A DNA stretch of 64,000 nt. Origin: Macrostomum lignano. Taxonomy: Eukaryota. The notes under the pieces were generated by a model. It had not been told where the DNA came from and searched no databases. It saw nothing but the letters and a program-made list of their open reading frames with translations. The stretch lies in the NCBI GenBank assembly GCA_002269645.1, contig NIVC01000291.1, forward strand, positions 682,001 through 746,000. The letters are read 5' to 3'. Made by a program: the position numbers and the translations under genes. Positions 27,162 to 39,990 of this stretch are shown here, one piece after another; position 1 is the first letter of the stretch, and each line of letters starts with the position of its first letter.

Positions 27162-29231
27162 TCAGCTCGCACAACGCTTCCGAGCACTCATTGAACTCTT
27201 GTGCTGACTGTAAAACTTCACATCCCTGGTCACCTCGGCGATGTCGAAGTAGTTCGGCCTCCGCTTGGACCACCTGTAGCCGAGGTGCAGAAAGAGGTGG
27301 CGGCCCACGGTTTCCGGGCCCGTCAGGTCGTGCTTCCAGTTGCGCTCCGCGTACCGCCTGCACAGCTGCAGCCGCCTGTCGTGCAGCCGCTTGGCGGCGG
27401 CGTCGGTCGACTTCGGACTGGCTGGAAAAACAAAGCGCAGATTGCAGTGAAACTCGAGCTGGCGGGGCATGCGAGCCGTGCTGTGCACCGCATCATCTTT
27501 TAGATATGCAACCCAGACCCTGAGGCTAGTGCGATTGGGCCTCATGAGTGACCGAGACACGGTTAGAGTGACAGACATATGAGTTTAGAGTGACTGACAT
27601 ATGGGTTAGAGTGACAGACATATGGGTTTAGAGTGACTGACATATGAGTTGGAGTGACCGACACTGTGGATTAGAGTGACCGATACTGTGGATTAGAGTG
27701 ACAGACACTGTGGATTAGAGTGACCGACACTGTCGATTAGAATGACCGACGCTGTGGACTAGAGTGACAGACATTGTGAATTAGAGTGACCTAGATGCTG
27801 TGGATTAGAGTGACTAAGACACTGTGGATTAGAGTGACAGACATTGTGGATTAGAGTGATCTTTGCAGTGGATTAGAATGTTTAATGAATTTTAGGCCAG
27901 CTAAGAAAATTCTAATCAAGTTCTAGAACTAGTTTAGTTTAACTCTTTCAGTTGGCTCACACTAAAAGCTGACTTTCTGTGAGTAAAACTGTTGTTATAA
28001 TAGAACTGCCTGAATTTCCTAGAGTGACACTTTGCACTCAATAGTGATCGGTTAAAGAGTAAAGTTAAAATCGTACGGTTGCCTCGATAACTACGAGTGC
28101 ATATTTAATGGGAGCGACTCACAGCTCTCCAAAGTTCTGCACTTGCTCCTGAAGTGATGCAAACCGTCGTCAATCAGCGGGCTGAACACGGGCGGGTCCA
28201 GCAGCGTCACCACGTGCCTACTGGTGGCGTTGTCTGTCCACCAGCTCTGCAGCTGGCTGGTGAGCAGGTCGGGACCCGTGGTCGGGCCGGCGCCTCCCGT
28301 CTTGTCGTCCACTTCCATCATGGCGAACACGAGACGCAGGAAGAACGGATGTCCGGGCACGGATCCCATGGCGCTGTTCATGGCGCTGAAGTCCTTGCCG
28401 TAGAGAATCACAGCGTGCTCCTTGGCCTCCTGGTCCACGAAGGCCGTGAGGTTTTCGAGGCTCGGGAAGAACGGCTTCACGCACTCGACGTCCATGTCGA
28501 TGTAGATGCCTGCGGGTCACGGATGTTGGAGGAGCACCGTCGACTTCCATTGGAATGGATTCTGGGTAGCTACAAGCTAAGCAGAGAAATGATAATTCAG
28601 TCGGCAGTTACTCAGCTGAGGCGTGCGAGCGCTCACCTCCGTAATGATGCAGAACCATGTAGCGGATGCTGTCTCCTCGCTGCACGTGCATCTTGAAGAT
28701 GAGGAACTTCCGCATGAAGAACGGGTAGTGGTCATTGATGAAGGCAACGATGTCCTTGTCGGTCCACAGGTAGTACTCCCAGTCGGGGTTCAGCTTGAGG
28801 CAGTGTTCAATGTGCTTCCGGTATTCAGTGAAGATTCGTCGAGTCGTAAAGGTCTGGTGAATGATCTTGGGAATCGCTCCAGGTGTAACTGGGCGCGGTC
28901 CAGGCGGTATTGCAATGTTGCTAAAGTCCACTTTGGGATGCGATTCTTTACCCATGTAACTGTAGGCCAGGATTGCAACGGCCTGAAACGGTTCGGCTGC
29001 ACTGAAGGAGTGGCCTGCACAGTTTCGCTGGCAGTGTCCACTGAGCTTTGAGAAAAACGGCCACACCCGTGAATAGCCAGCTGCCCTTATAATGTCTGAA
29101 TGCATATATTGAGGCTGCATGTATTCAGTAATTAATTAGTAATAGAAAGTTCCTTTCGCACTCACCATCAGCGCCACGAATGCGGCGAGGAATTTGAAGC
29201 GACAGACCGACTGCAGAGAGCCTGGATTCAT
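27162..29231 (-). CDS. GT32 (DxD sugar-binding) glycosyltransferase copy A, type II membrane protein, 352 aa; exons 29231-29166, 28982-28637, 28509-28123, 27421-27162
   Basis: MNPGSLQSVCRFKFLAAFVALM/AVAILAY (transmembrane), then IPKIIHQT...CLKLNPDWEYYLWTD...QRGDSIRYMVLHHYGG/IYIDMDVEC...NSAMGSVPGHPFF...TTGP.LL.../RHLFLHLGY. Intron phases 0, 1, 1 and total 1059 nt. An alternative in-frame acceptor exists at 29114. Confidence 0.9.
27560..27860. repeat. 22-bp minisatellite in intron 3 of GT32-A
   Basis: GACACTGTGGATTAGAGTGACC units, the same family as 33705-34410. Confidence 0.85.
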
Positions 29232-31345
29232 GTTCCACTGAGCTTGAGCTGAGTACGGCTGAGTAGGGCTGAGAAATACTGAGTACGGCTGAGAATGGCT
29301 GAGTGCGGCTGAGCTGACCTCAACTGTGGGTTGGCAAATAAAAGATGTTGCAATCCGCTATTCTCTCTGCCTACAAGATCAGAGCAGTTCCTATTATCTG
29401 AGTCTTGTCCAATCCTGCCCCGTCTAGAAAATTTTTGCTCTCCCTTTGCCGCGAGGGCGTACACAGGGCAGACATGTAGTGACAGAGCAGGGTTTTGTTC
29501 AGGTACTTTCCAAATTTTTAAGGAGTGCAATGTACGCTGTTGCATTGTTCCTTCTTTATGCGACTTGATACTCGGGTCGATTCTGCTAACGCACTGGAAT
29601 CATAGACCTCCGGGAACTGCTTTGCCTAGGGTTCCCTGCTCAATATTTAACGGAATGGCAGGCGCTAAGTTAGACGACCGTCAGCTCATTTCAACAAATA
29701 GTATTGAATATTTTAGCTGAGCTGAGCACCTTGAGTTTTTACCTCCATGGTATTTCATTTCTCAATTTTAATCCGATTCAAATGTGTAAAAGCGTACGCA
29801 TTACGCTCGTAAACGCCAAAAGCATGCTTAAACCGCTCGTCATCGCGTATTGCCTAGAGTCATTTGATGCTCGAGAAATACATATCGTGCTGCTCAATAG
29901 TCATTTTTGAGTGCTTAAATGTCTAGGTCACGAGTGCGCAGGTGCACAGGTCAAAAAGAAGTGATCCACCTACCGTTTGCACAATCTGCAAGAAGCTCAC
30001 GTTTGCAGCAATGGAGCACCCGAAGAAAACTATCAATACTTTCTAGTGCAGGCGATTTATAAGAAATATCTTTGCATTCGGTTGCGGCATGTACTTCGGA
30101 GACTTAACGCTGTGAACACAACAACTGTGCGTCAGATGCTAATAATTTTCATGGGCCAGTGACTTCAAAATAGCATTGTGCGGTTGACGCCATGAATTTA
30201 TTGTCTCTACTTGACTCTCATTTGTCTTGCGCGGTTTGCTTGTAACTCATTTGGCTGTTTGTTTTCGCCTTTTATTGTTTGTTTGTTTGCTGTCTGTCTA
30301 CGTGCTTGTTTGCTTAGTTGCCTGCTTTTGTGTCTGCTTTGTATTAATTCCTTTTACATATTTGCTTTCTTACTGGCTTGCCTTCCCATTTGAAAAATTT
30401 TCATTTATCCTGCTATGTATAGTCATACTTGTAAATATAGCTTTGCAGCTTCTGCAACTGCTATTGCAGAAGCTTCTGGGTGATTATTCTGTGTGAAAGT
30501 ATACGGCATTCTGAGCTTCTTGTGATGCTGGTGCCTGTCTGTGATTAGGACAAAAAAATCGAGCTTTTGTCGATTCAGTATTCATCCATGGCCGGCCCCC
30601 ACATTCTTTTACAGGGCAGAGTTCTCACTAAAGCCGAGTTTCCAGTCCCTTCTTTCTATGGTAAATTTATACAGAAGTCCCTGGCAACAACACGGCTTCA
30701 ACGAGTAGATAAATCTAAAACCTTGTTGACTATGGAGTGTCTATGAATTAGATTTAGATTTAGATAGAGTTTGTTCTTGTGCTGTTCTGCTGAGTGTAAT
30801 AAATGCAGGAATCGCTAAACTTATACATTCAAACCGCTCAAATCAAAGTCCAGGCCAATCCATCACTCAGTCTCTTAGATGGTTGATGCAGTGAGTCACT
30901 ACATTTCACTTCTACTCAAAAACACTATTTAAGTGTTATTAATATATTAACACATGCTTTCGTGGTAAGTGACTCACCTTCAGGAGCCCCGGAACTGGGG
31001 GTCAGAGGGGGGCAGCTGCCCTATCTCAATCAACGCTCAACTGTAAAGAGGAACCCAGCTAGGGAGGTCAAAGTGTTCAAAGACCCCAGCAAAGAAAAAA
31101 GTTTCTCTTGAAGGTTCCGAAATAGCGAAAAATCTTGCTTATCATGCTACTGTGGCTCCGCAATATTTTATCAGTGACCCGGTAAGTTCGTACCCCACCC
31201 AACCCCAGGCAGAAAATAGCTCCGGGCCGACTGCTCACCTTGGGCATCAGAAGAGCGGGTCCCTCTCATGGCGTTGCTTGGTGGAGGCAGCTGCACTGAG
31301 TTTTCTGTAATGCCGAATGCTGGGAAATTTTCTATGTTGTGGGTT

Positions 31346-31521
31346 CCCCCGCTAAAGTCTTCCAGCTCCGAGCTGTCTGCAGCCATACCGCAGGTATCTC
31401 ATCTCACGCTAAAGTCTTCCAGCTCCGAGCTGTCTGCAGCCATACCGCAGGTATCTCATCTCACGCTAAAGTCTTCCAGCTCCGAGCTGTCTGCAGCCAT
31501 ACCGCAGGTATCTCATCTCAT

Positions 31522-31564
<43 letters not shown>
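31346..31564. repeat. 57-bp repeat x3 followed by a (CT)n microsatellite
   Basis: CTAAAGTCTTCCAGCTCCGAGCTG...CTCACG x3, then (CT)~21. Confidence 0.9.
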
Positions 31565-31570
<6 letters not shown>

Positions 31571-32067
31571 GAGTCGGGGATACCAAATTTGGCTGAGATG
31601 TGACAGCCAGCCTCTCCCAGAATTTCAGGCAGCTTTGTCCCCCATCCTCATTTTCCTTACAGCGCAACTGAGTGACCGGTTGACCTGTGCCCCTCTCCGC
31701 TGCATCTCCCACCCGAGGGTCCTGCAGTGGGAGGATATAATTAAATAATGAAAACTGTACTGAAGTCTATTTTTTAATTTAAAAAGTGGACTAGCGTGAT
31801 AAAAATGATAGAAGCAATATATCGACATTGACAGCTATCGAATTTCTATAATAATAAGACTATCATTAACTTATGCAAAGCAGGAATTCTAGGTTGCAGG
31901 TACATAATCAAGGTAGCAGACAGACATATCAGGATGAAAAGGCTGCCTCATGCGGGATGACTCAGTTTCAATGTTAGCTGCAGAATTGAGGCAAGGAATT
32001 CTCTAGACCTGAAAGTGGCTCTAGCCAAGGACTAGAGAATTACTTGGTTGAGCACACTGAGCACTGC

Positions 32068-32070
32068 AGC

Positions 32071-32146
<76 letters not shown>
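32068..32146. repeat. (CT)n microsatellite
   Basis: Direct observation. Confidence 0.95.
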
Positions 32147-32150
<4 letters not shown>

Positions 32151-32592
32151 GCACGGGGGCAACATGAAATATCGGCTGGGGTGAGAAAAGTAAACTACTC
32201 GGACCATGAGCACAGCTGACTTTCTTAGCGCTATGGAAGACGCTACGAGCGTATAAGCGAAAACTGTTTGTCCCAATAGGCCATCGGGCCAGAGAATGTC
32301 CATCGCCAAGGTTTAGCGCGTTCTCAGCAATGCACCCTGACCTGAGCTTGGGTGATTTTGCCTAAATTTGTAGATTGTGCCCACGTACTCCAACCCGTGG
32401 CTCAAACCCGTGGCCCATGCGCATCTAGTCTGCGTAATATTTGCAGTAATTCAACTCAAAGTTTTGCCTCTGTTGAAGCACGAATTATATAAAAGCAACA
32501 CCTACAGGTGCAAACAGAGAATTCCCATATCTTCCGAGTAAATCCGAATCCGACCCTACATTGCAAGCCGATGATCATAGCGGTTCGCCACA

Positions 32593-32935
32593 GAGTGGAT
32601 GTCTGCTAGCCACTGAGTGGATATCTGCTAGCCACTGAGTGGATGTCTGCTAGCCACTGAGTGGATGTCTGCTAGCCACTGAGTGGATGTCTGTTAGCCA
32701 CTGAGTGGATGTCTGCTAGCCACTGAGTGGATGTCTGCTAGCCACTGAGTGGATGTCTGCTAGCCACTGAGTGGATATCTGCTAGCCACTGAGTGGATGT
32801 CTGTTAGCCACTGAGTGGATATCTGCTAGCCACTGAGTGGATGTCTGCTAGCCACTGAGTGGATGTCTGCTAGCCACTGAGTGGATGTCTGCTAGCCACT
32901 GAGTGGATGTCTGTTAGCCACGGAGTGGATGCCTG
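32593..32935. repeat. 22-bp minisatellite, ~15 copies
   Basis: Unit GAGTGGATGTCTGCTAGCCACT. Confidence 0.95.
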
Positions 32936-33297
32936 TCAATTGCGGGGTGGACACTGTAGATGTTAACTGCTGAGGGGATATCCGAACTAATGATTCTATA
33001 AAATCAAAATCAGCTGATATTCTGGTTGAAGACAAATTTAGAAACAGACTAGCACCGAAGTACAAAGTCGCTCTGTGGTTTGGCTCAAACTTTATCTAAC
33101 TTGCAAAACTCGAACAGCCTATTCGTAATCAGAGATTTGTACCGCCTGTGCACTCAAAACACCGATATATAAAGCGGAATTCAGAGCACGAATTCCACAT
33201 AACCCAGAAACCTGGTTTAGGCACAAGTGAAACATTTGAATAATTTTGAGCAGACTACATTTCATGTACTTAATATAGATAAGGTCAGTGACTTTCA

Positions 33298-36200
33298 TCA
33301 GCTGGCACAACGCTTCCGAGCACTCATTGAACTCTTGTGCTGACTGTAAAACTTCACATCCTTGGTCACCTCGGCGATGTCGAAGTAGTTCGGCCTCCGC
33401 TTGGACCACCTGTAGCCGAGGTGCAGGAAGAGGTGGCGGCCCACGGTTTCCGGGCCCGTCAGGTCGTGCTTCCAGTTGCGCTCCGCGTACCGCCTGCACA
33501 GCTGCAGCCGCCTGTCGTGCAGCCGCTTGGCGGCGGCGTCGGTCGACTTCGGACTGGCTGGAAAACAAAGCGCAGATTGCAGTGAAACTCGAGCTGGCAG
33601 GGCATGCGAGCCGTGCTGTGCACCGCACATCTTGTAGATCTGCAACCCAGACCCTGAGGCCAGTGCGATTGGGCCTCATGAGTGACCGAGACACAGTTAG
33701 AGTGACAGACATGGGTTTAGAGTGACTGACATATTAGTTGGAGTGACCGACACTGTGGATTAGAGTGACAGACACTGTGGATTAGAGTGACCTAGATGCT
33801 GTGGATTAGAGTGACAGACACTGTGGATTAGAGTGACCGACACTGTGGATTAGAGTGACCGACACTGTGGATTAGAGTGACCGACACTGTGGATTAGAGT
33901 GACCGACACTGTGGATTAGAGTGACCGACACTGTGGATTAGAGTGATTGACATATGAGTTGAAGTGACCGACACTGTGGATTAGAGTGACCGACACTGTG
34001 GATTAGAGTGACCGACACTGTGGATTAGAGTGACCGACACTGTGGATTAGAGTGACCGACACTGTGGATTAGAGTGACCGACACTGTGGATTAGAGTGAT
34101 TGACATATGAGTTGAAGTGACCGACACTGTGGATTAGAGTGACCGACACTGTGGATTAGAGTGACCAAGACACTGCGAGTTAAAGTTACCAAGACAGTGT
34201 GGATTAGAGTGACCAAGACACTGCGAGTTAAAGTTACCAAGACACTGTGGATTAGAGTGACCAAGACACTGCGAGTTAAAGTTACCAAGACACTGTGGAT
34301 TAGAGTGACCAAGACACTGCGAGTTAAAGTTACCAAGACACTGTGGATTAGAGTGACCAAGACACTGCGAGTTAAAGTTACCAAGACACTGTGGATTAGA
34401 GTGACCGAGATGCTGTGTGCAGGGTTAGGTGAGATCGACCAGCTGTAACCACAAGTTGTGCGATTCGTCGGCAACGTGGAATGATCGAATCAATCGGAGC
34501 AACTAAAATAGAATCGACACACAAAAAAGAGTGACAAAAATGCACAGAATAATGACCCTTGCACCTTACTGACTGTTGGTTATTCAAGGAGCGAAGGGCA
34601 GCTGAAGCGGGATTCCAATGAAAGCAAGCAGAAATGAAAATCACCATCAAAGCGACTCACAGCTCTCCAAAGTTCTGCACTTGCTCCTGAAGTGATGTAA
34701 ACCGTCGTCAATCAGCGGGCTGAACACCGGCGGGTTCAGCAGCGTCACCTCGTGCCTTCTGGTGGCGTTGTCTGTACACCAGCTCTGCAGCTGGCTGGTG
34801 AGCAGGTCGGGACCCGTGGTCGGGCCGGCGCCTCCCGTCTTGTCGTCCACTTCCATCATGGCGAACACGAGACGCAGGAAGAACGGGTGTCCGGGCACGG
34901 ATCCCATGGCGCTGTTCATGGCGCTGAAGTCCTTGCCGTAGAGAATCACAGCGTGCTCCTTGGCCTCCTGGTCCACGAAGGCCGTGAGGTTTTCGAGGCT
35001 CGGGAAGAACGGCTTCACGCACTCGACGTCCATGTCGATGTAGATGCCTGCGGGTCACGGATGTTGGAGGAGCACCGTCGGCTTCCATTGGAATGGATTC
35101 TGGGTAGCTACAAGCTAAGCAGAGAAATGATAATTCAGTCGGCTGTTACTCAGCTGAGGCGTGCGAACGCTCACCTCCGTAATGATGCAGAACCATGTAG
35201 CGGATGCTGTCTGCTCGCTGCACGTGCATCTTGAAGATGAGGAACTTCCGCATGAAGAATGGGTAGTTGTCATTGATGAAGGCAACGATGTCCTTGTCGG
35301 TCCACAGGTAGTACTCCCAGTCGGGGTTCAGCTTGAGGCAGTGCTCAATGTACTTCCGGTATTCAGTGAAGACTCGCCGAGTCGTGAAAGTCTGGTGAAT
35401 GATCTTGGGAATCGCTCCAGGTGTAACTGGGCGCGGTTCGAAAGGTATTGCGATGTCTCTAAAGTCCAGTTCGGGAGGCCCTTCGTCAGTATTACGATTG
35501 TAGGCCAGGATGGCAACGACCTGCAACGATTTGAATGAAACTAAGGATCTTCCAAATGTCTCTGGCAGTTAAACTTTGTCAAATTAGAAACCCTAATGGT
35601 TTTATTGATGGATTTTGGGCTATTCTGTATTGACAGTTCATGTCTCAGGGCACAGCACACGGTTGGCTCCATCTCAAGCACTCTGCATGGCCCCTGATCA
35701 AAGCCAGCCCTAGTCAGAGTTACAAGCCAGCATGATGTGACCAAGCTGTTAAAAATGACCAGTAAGTAAGCCATAGTAGATTTTGTGCATGGTTTTGGAG
35801 TTCGGAAATGACTTAACAGTGGCGTAACAGTCGTACATTGCTCAATGTGCGCATCAACTGTATGATTGTGACAAGGATGAAGGGAGAGTTGCTGTGATAC
35901 CTAACATCAAGGAGGCTGAGATCTATGGCAGAATATTCTGGAGACTTATTTTCCCTTCATTTGTTGGCTCCGAACGAGCGGCTGAAACTGCTAGTAAAAA
36001 TGCTAGTAAATATACTGAGACTTCAGACAGAGCACACCCAGTCACACGACAGGTTAAGGTAGCATCACACCCAAACAATCTCATTCTTGACCAGCTGTGG
36101 AAGAGGAATTAAACTTGGGGTTTCCTGAGACGAGGGCTCGGACCGGAAGGTGAGAACATGTAGGCATAGTATAATTGTGCTAATGACAGTAGTAGGCACA

Positions 36201-38051
36201 GAATACACCAGAATGCTCAATCGACCGGTCGATTGAGGTATGATCGGAACTTAAAGGTGTGTCCTCGAAATGGAAACAACCAAATTGACACTCATCATCA
36301 CCTGGTTCATCATTCGCCTAGAGAATGTAGATAACTCGTATTATTATGTAGTTTTGTGCAAATTTCAAATGCTATTATAGAGCTTCTGCAGTAAGTAGTG
36401 AAAATAAGTGAAATAATGTATATTACTTATTTATTCTTCATCTCAGGAGTAATATCCATGGCTTTTTATTTCGAATTTAGATAAACGAGCTGATTGGGAG
36501 TTCTGTATTCTAGTAGGCGCAGGAGAGAAAATGAGTCATTCTGCTGCATTTTTTCATCGTAAATTTCGGGTTATTTTGACAAGTAACCCGAAAACTGCAA
36601 AATCAGGCAATAAGCTTCAGCTACACAGTAAGCTTTTGTACATGTTTATAAAATAAGAATAAGGTTTAAGGTTCAAGGGATCATCGCATCAAGAAAATGC
36701 AGCCTTATGATCAGGGCAGATGCTCACACCTACGGCGCTGTCTGCGTACTTGTGCATGTATCAGTGTGGAGTGCATGTCTTTTGGACAGCTAAAGTACAC
36801 GGTGCTGCACTTCACTGGAGCCTGCTTTTGCTGCAAAATGCAGTACATACGCTCGTATGATATGTATCGAGATGCATTGTAGAAAGTAAGCTTTTTGTTG
36901 TTTAACCAATTGATAAATATATCACACTCTGAGCAAGTTTATCAATATAGACATCAAACAAAACTGATACTTGCTGATTCACAAAGCTTACGGGGGGAAT
37001 TGCTGAGACGTCAAGGCTTACAGATGGAATTTGTCAAGGTCAGAAGCCACACGTAGTTTATACAAAAATTTGTATTCCATTCTTTGTCGGCTCCCCAACG
37101 GGGGGCGCTGATTGCTAGTTTGGTGCTAAAAACAGAAGACTTACCTTCTTGCAAATGTTTTTGCAGTTTTTACAAATTAATTCTGAAAGAACTCTTGGGA
37201 AATGATTTTGAGAAAGCTTGGCTCAACTTGGCCTCCCAGTGCTGCAACAGAGCGGACCAGTGCTGACAGCCCCTGCTCAGTGAATACCTGCATTGCCCGT
37301 GCTAACGGAAGAATTGCGCTCGCCCACTTCACTCTGCAGCCGGAGAATCGACATGAGCAGCCTGGCAAGCAGAAGCGAGCCGTTGCTCTGCTGTTGTTGA
37401 CTTCAAGCACACAAACTCATTAATGCACAGGTAAATACAAGCTTTTGGCTTACAGTTGAAGCTGCTCAGCTGCGGGGCTAGAATCAACTGCGTAGAGCAC
37501 TACATGTACTCAGCTTAGACGACTCCAAGTTTTACCGCATGTTTGAGCAGGCGAGCGCATTTTCGTGTGAGTAAATAACTAGATTTCTCGCTTAGATGGG
37601 CTTCTCAGAGCTAGAGAGTGAGCTCATAGTTGCATGAATACGGCATAATGTGTAAAAAGCTCATTAGAGTGTAAAATGCATTCTGTAGTTAGGTCGCTTG
37701 TTTGTGGGATTTGTTAAAAGCTTACAGCGGAACTACTGTGCTATCTGACTAAATATTACCTTGATTCTGTCACCTATGGCCTCAATAAATAGTAAATATG
37801 CTGGATTTGAAGAATCCAAACAGTGAGAATGCAGGGATGGGCTATTATAAATATAGCTTAGTGATCATGCCCACACAATGGAGTAGCGGAATGAAATGGC
37901 CATCATGGATGCAAATTGTCAAAATAACTTGTCCAGCTCATGGCCAACTGGTAGCGAGAGAGCATGACTCAAGCAGGGGGCTTACCAGCAGAGCAGTCAG
38001 CAAAGCGACCACTTTGAAACGGTAGGTCGATCTGAACAGCACGCGCGCCAT
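33298..38051 (-). CDS. GT32 glycosyltransferase copy B, 352 aa; exons 38051-37986, 35520-35175, 35047-34661, 33557-33298
   Basis: Exon 1 MARVLFRSTYRFKVVALLTALL|GTAAGC is 66 nt, the same length as in copy A, and joins VVAILAY to complete the transmembrane helix. Exon sizes of 346, 387 and 260 nt are identical to copy A. The DxD motif IYIDMDVEC is present. Confidence 0.87.
33705..34410. repeat. 22-bp minisatellite switching to a 48-bp (24+24) higher-order unit, intron 3 of GT32-B
   Basis: GACACTGTGGATTAGAGTGACC units, then ACCAAGACACTGCGAGTTAAAGTT/ACCAAGACACTGTGGATTAGAGTG pairs. Confidence 0.9.
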
Positions 38052-38805
38052 GAGCCAGGAGACGCTACTCCGCAGGTGCAACTTGCGAGAGCAACACAGT
38101 ACTGGATGGAGGCGGCAATACAAGATACATATAGCTAGCGTTTGAGTACAGAGCTCAGTACTCTGGGGACTCAACGGGATCAAATTTCGGGCAGAAATGC
38201 CACCGCACTCCGTCTTCCCAATTGTCATATGCACCCCTGCCGGATTGGCCCAGCCTCCGTGGCAAGTGTACGTTACTCATTCCCTGCTCTTACTTTCCTC
38301 CCTACCTACTGCAGCCTTTCTGCTCTGCTCTTACTGACTCAAGCACGCCCTACTGCTTCATCGCTCTGCTACACTACCTGAGGAGGAATTTGACCAAAGC
38401 TCCGTCCTGCTCAGTGCTTGCTAAAGTGAAGAAAGCCGCACGCCCTCCCTGCGCTCAGCCAAGGAGTTCCAGAACCTGAGTCTGGAGTGCAAAACCCCAT
38501 TTTCAGATTTTTCAGACTTTCGAAAACGCATAACGCTGAATGGGATTTCGATCGGGATAGACATATTCCATTGTAAATAATATTGTCATAATGTGAGAAA
38601 ATTCCGGGCGTCAATGTCGAGAATTCCGGGCTCTGTGTTGTAACATACAAGAAGTTTTAAGTGTCTATGGCCATTCTTTCTCCTCATTTGTCAATTTAGT
38701 ACCATAGACATATAGGCATAGGTATTTATGGGCTTAGATTTACTGTAAAAGGAAAAAGAACGTCAGGATAAATTTTAATTTGTTAGCCTGCACCACGCTT
38801 CAAAC

Positions 38806-39583
38806 ATGATCAATCACTTAATCAATTATTCAAATTTGCCTGGAGAAGTTGTATCTGGTATGTCGACTGAAGAGCTGGCCTGGATTTCAGCGGAGTCAAA
38901 CAGCCGGTATTTGGAGGAATTGAGCAAGGAATTCGCGGACAACATCGAATCAGAAGAGAGTCTCGACCTTCCAGACGACGTGATTGAAGAGCTAAATGAG
39001 CTAGAACGCGGTGGTATACCCGATTCTTCTGTTCGGCAGATGGAGGACAATATAAACCGTTTAAAGAGATTTCTGGAAGATAACAAGCTGTCAACTGATC
39101 TATTACTAATTCCAAAGTCTATTTTGGCTAATTATCTGCGCTTCTTCTATTTGAGACTGAGAACAAAGGACAATCTGTACTATGCTCCAGCAAGTCTGAT
39201 CAGCGTTCGAGCAGGACTGCATCGCTTCTTCTGTCTAAGCCGTCCGGATATTAATATTACATTGCCTTTGCCAGTGCCAATCGGATGCTGGTATCAATGG
39301 TGCGGGAGTACAAGCTGACTAATCAGCCTAAATCTCGAGAGGTTGAGAAGAGTGATCTACAGAAGATGATAAATTATTTTGACAGGTCTAATGGAGTCGT
39401 ACTGCAAGACGAAGTCATGTTTTGACATCCAATTTACTATACTTTGGATTGCGTGGATGAGAAACTCTTACCAACTCTAACTAAAGAAAGCTTCGCGTTT
39501 CTACAAGATTCTGAGGGGCGCGACTATGTCGCCCTGAATCATGACCTGAGTAAGAACTCAAGGGCATCTCTGAAGAACGTTTG
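38806..39583 (+). pseudogene. Decayed Crypton-type tyrosine recombinase (DUF3504; ZMYM/KCTD1-like)
   Basis: LANYLRFFYLRLRTKDNLYYAPASLISVRAGLHRFF; after a frameshift FASANRML...EKSDLQKMINYFDRSNGVVLQDEVMF...YFGLRG*E (R to stop); after another shift LTKESFAFLQDSEGRDYVALNHDLSKN. It is truncated before the HxxR and Tyr catalytic region. Confidence 0.8.
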
Positions 39584-39658
39584 ATTTTAAAGGCCTGAAA
39601 AACCAAGTATAAGATATTCTATGGATTTGAGGTCGGTATGTGATTAAATACCGACCGA

Positions 39659-39990
39659 ATTTAAGTGAAATACCGACCGAAAAACCCATAGAATATCTTA
39701 TTTAAACTACTTTAATTTTGCGGAATGTATTCAGATAAATCCCGGAGCCATACTTGTATGTCTATGGTTGAAGTTGGGGATGGGGTGTGGGGGCGAAGCC
39801 CCCACATTCTTACCATAGAGAAAATTTCATTAAGAAATTTCTCGAGTCACGAAGGAAGAGAAGATAGAAGCTCGCTATATAGATACATACAATAATCCTC
39901 GCAATATGTCCGGGAAAGTGATCGATTAAATACCGCAAAATAAAATCTATGTCAATAACCTCCCTGAAAGTGAGCTTTAAAGTGGTTTAA
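39659..39990. mobile_element. Second copy of the ~335-bp dispersed repeat, directly 3' of the Crypton-like ORF
   Basis: Near-identical to 11093-11426. Confidence 0.75.

Noticed and set aside
29940-30160. Cys-rich fragment (CTICKK...GCG) resembling a transposase CRD
   Set aside because: Interrupted by stops, with Cys spacing not convincingly matching a known CRD.
32395-32430. Helitron 3' end (CTAG|T)
   Set aside because: The upstream GC-rich motifs are direct repeats rather than the required hairpin.
35541-35774. Hydrophobic 77-aa ORF as exon 1 of GT32-B
   Set aside because: The exon at 38051-37986 has a strong donor, the same 66-nt length and the RFK motif of copy A exon 1. An alternative first exon here cannot be fully excluded.
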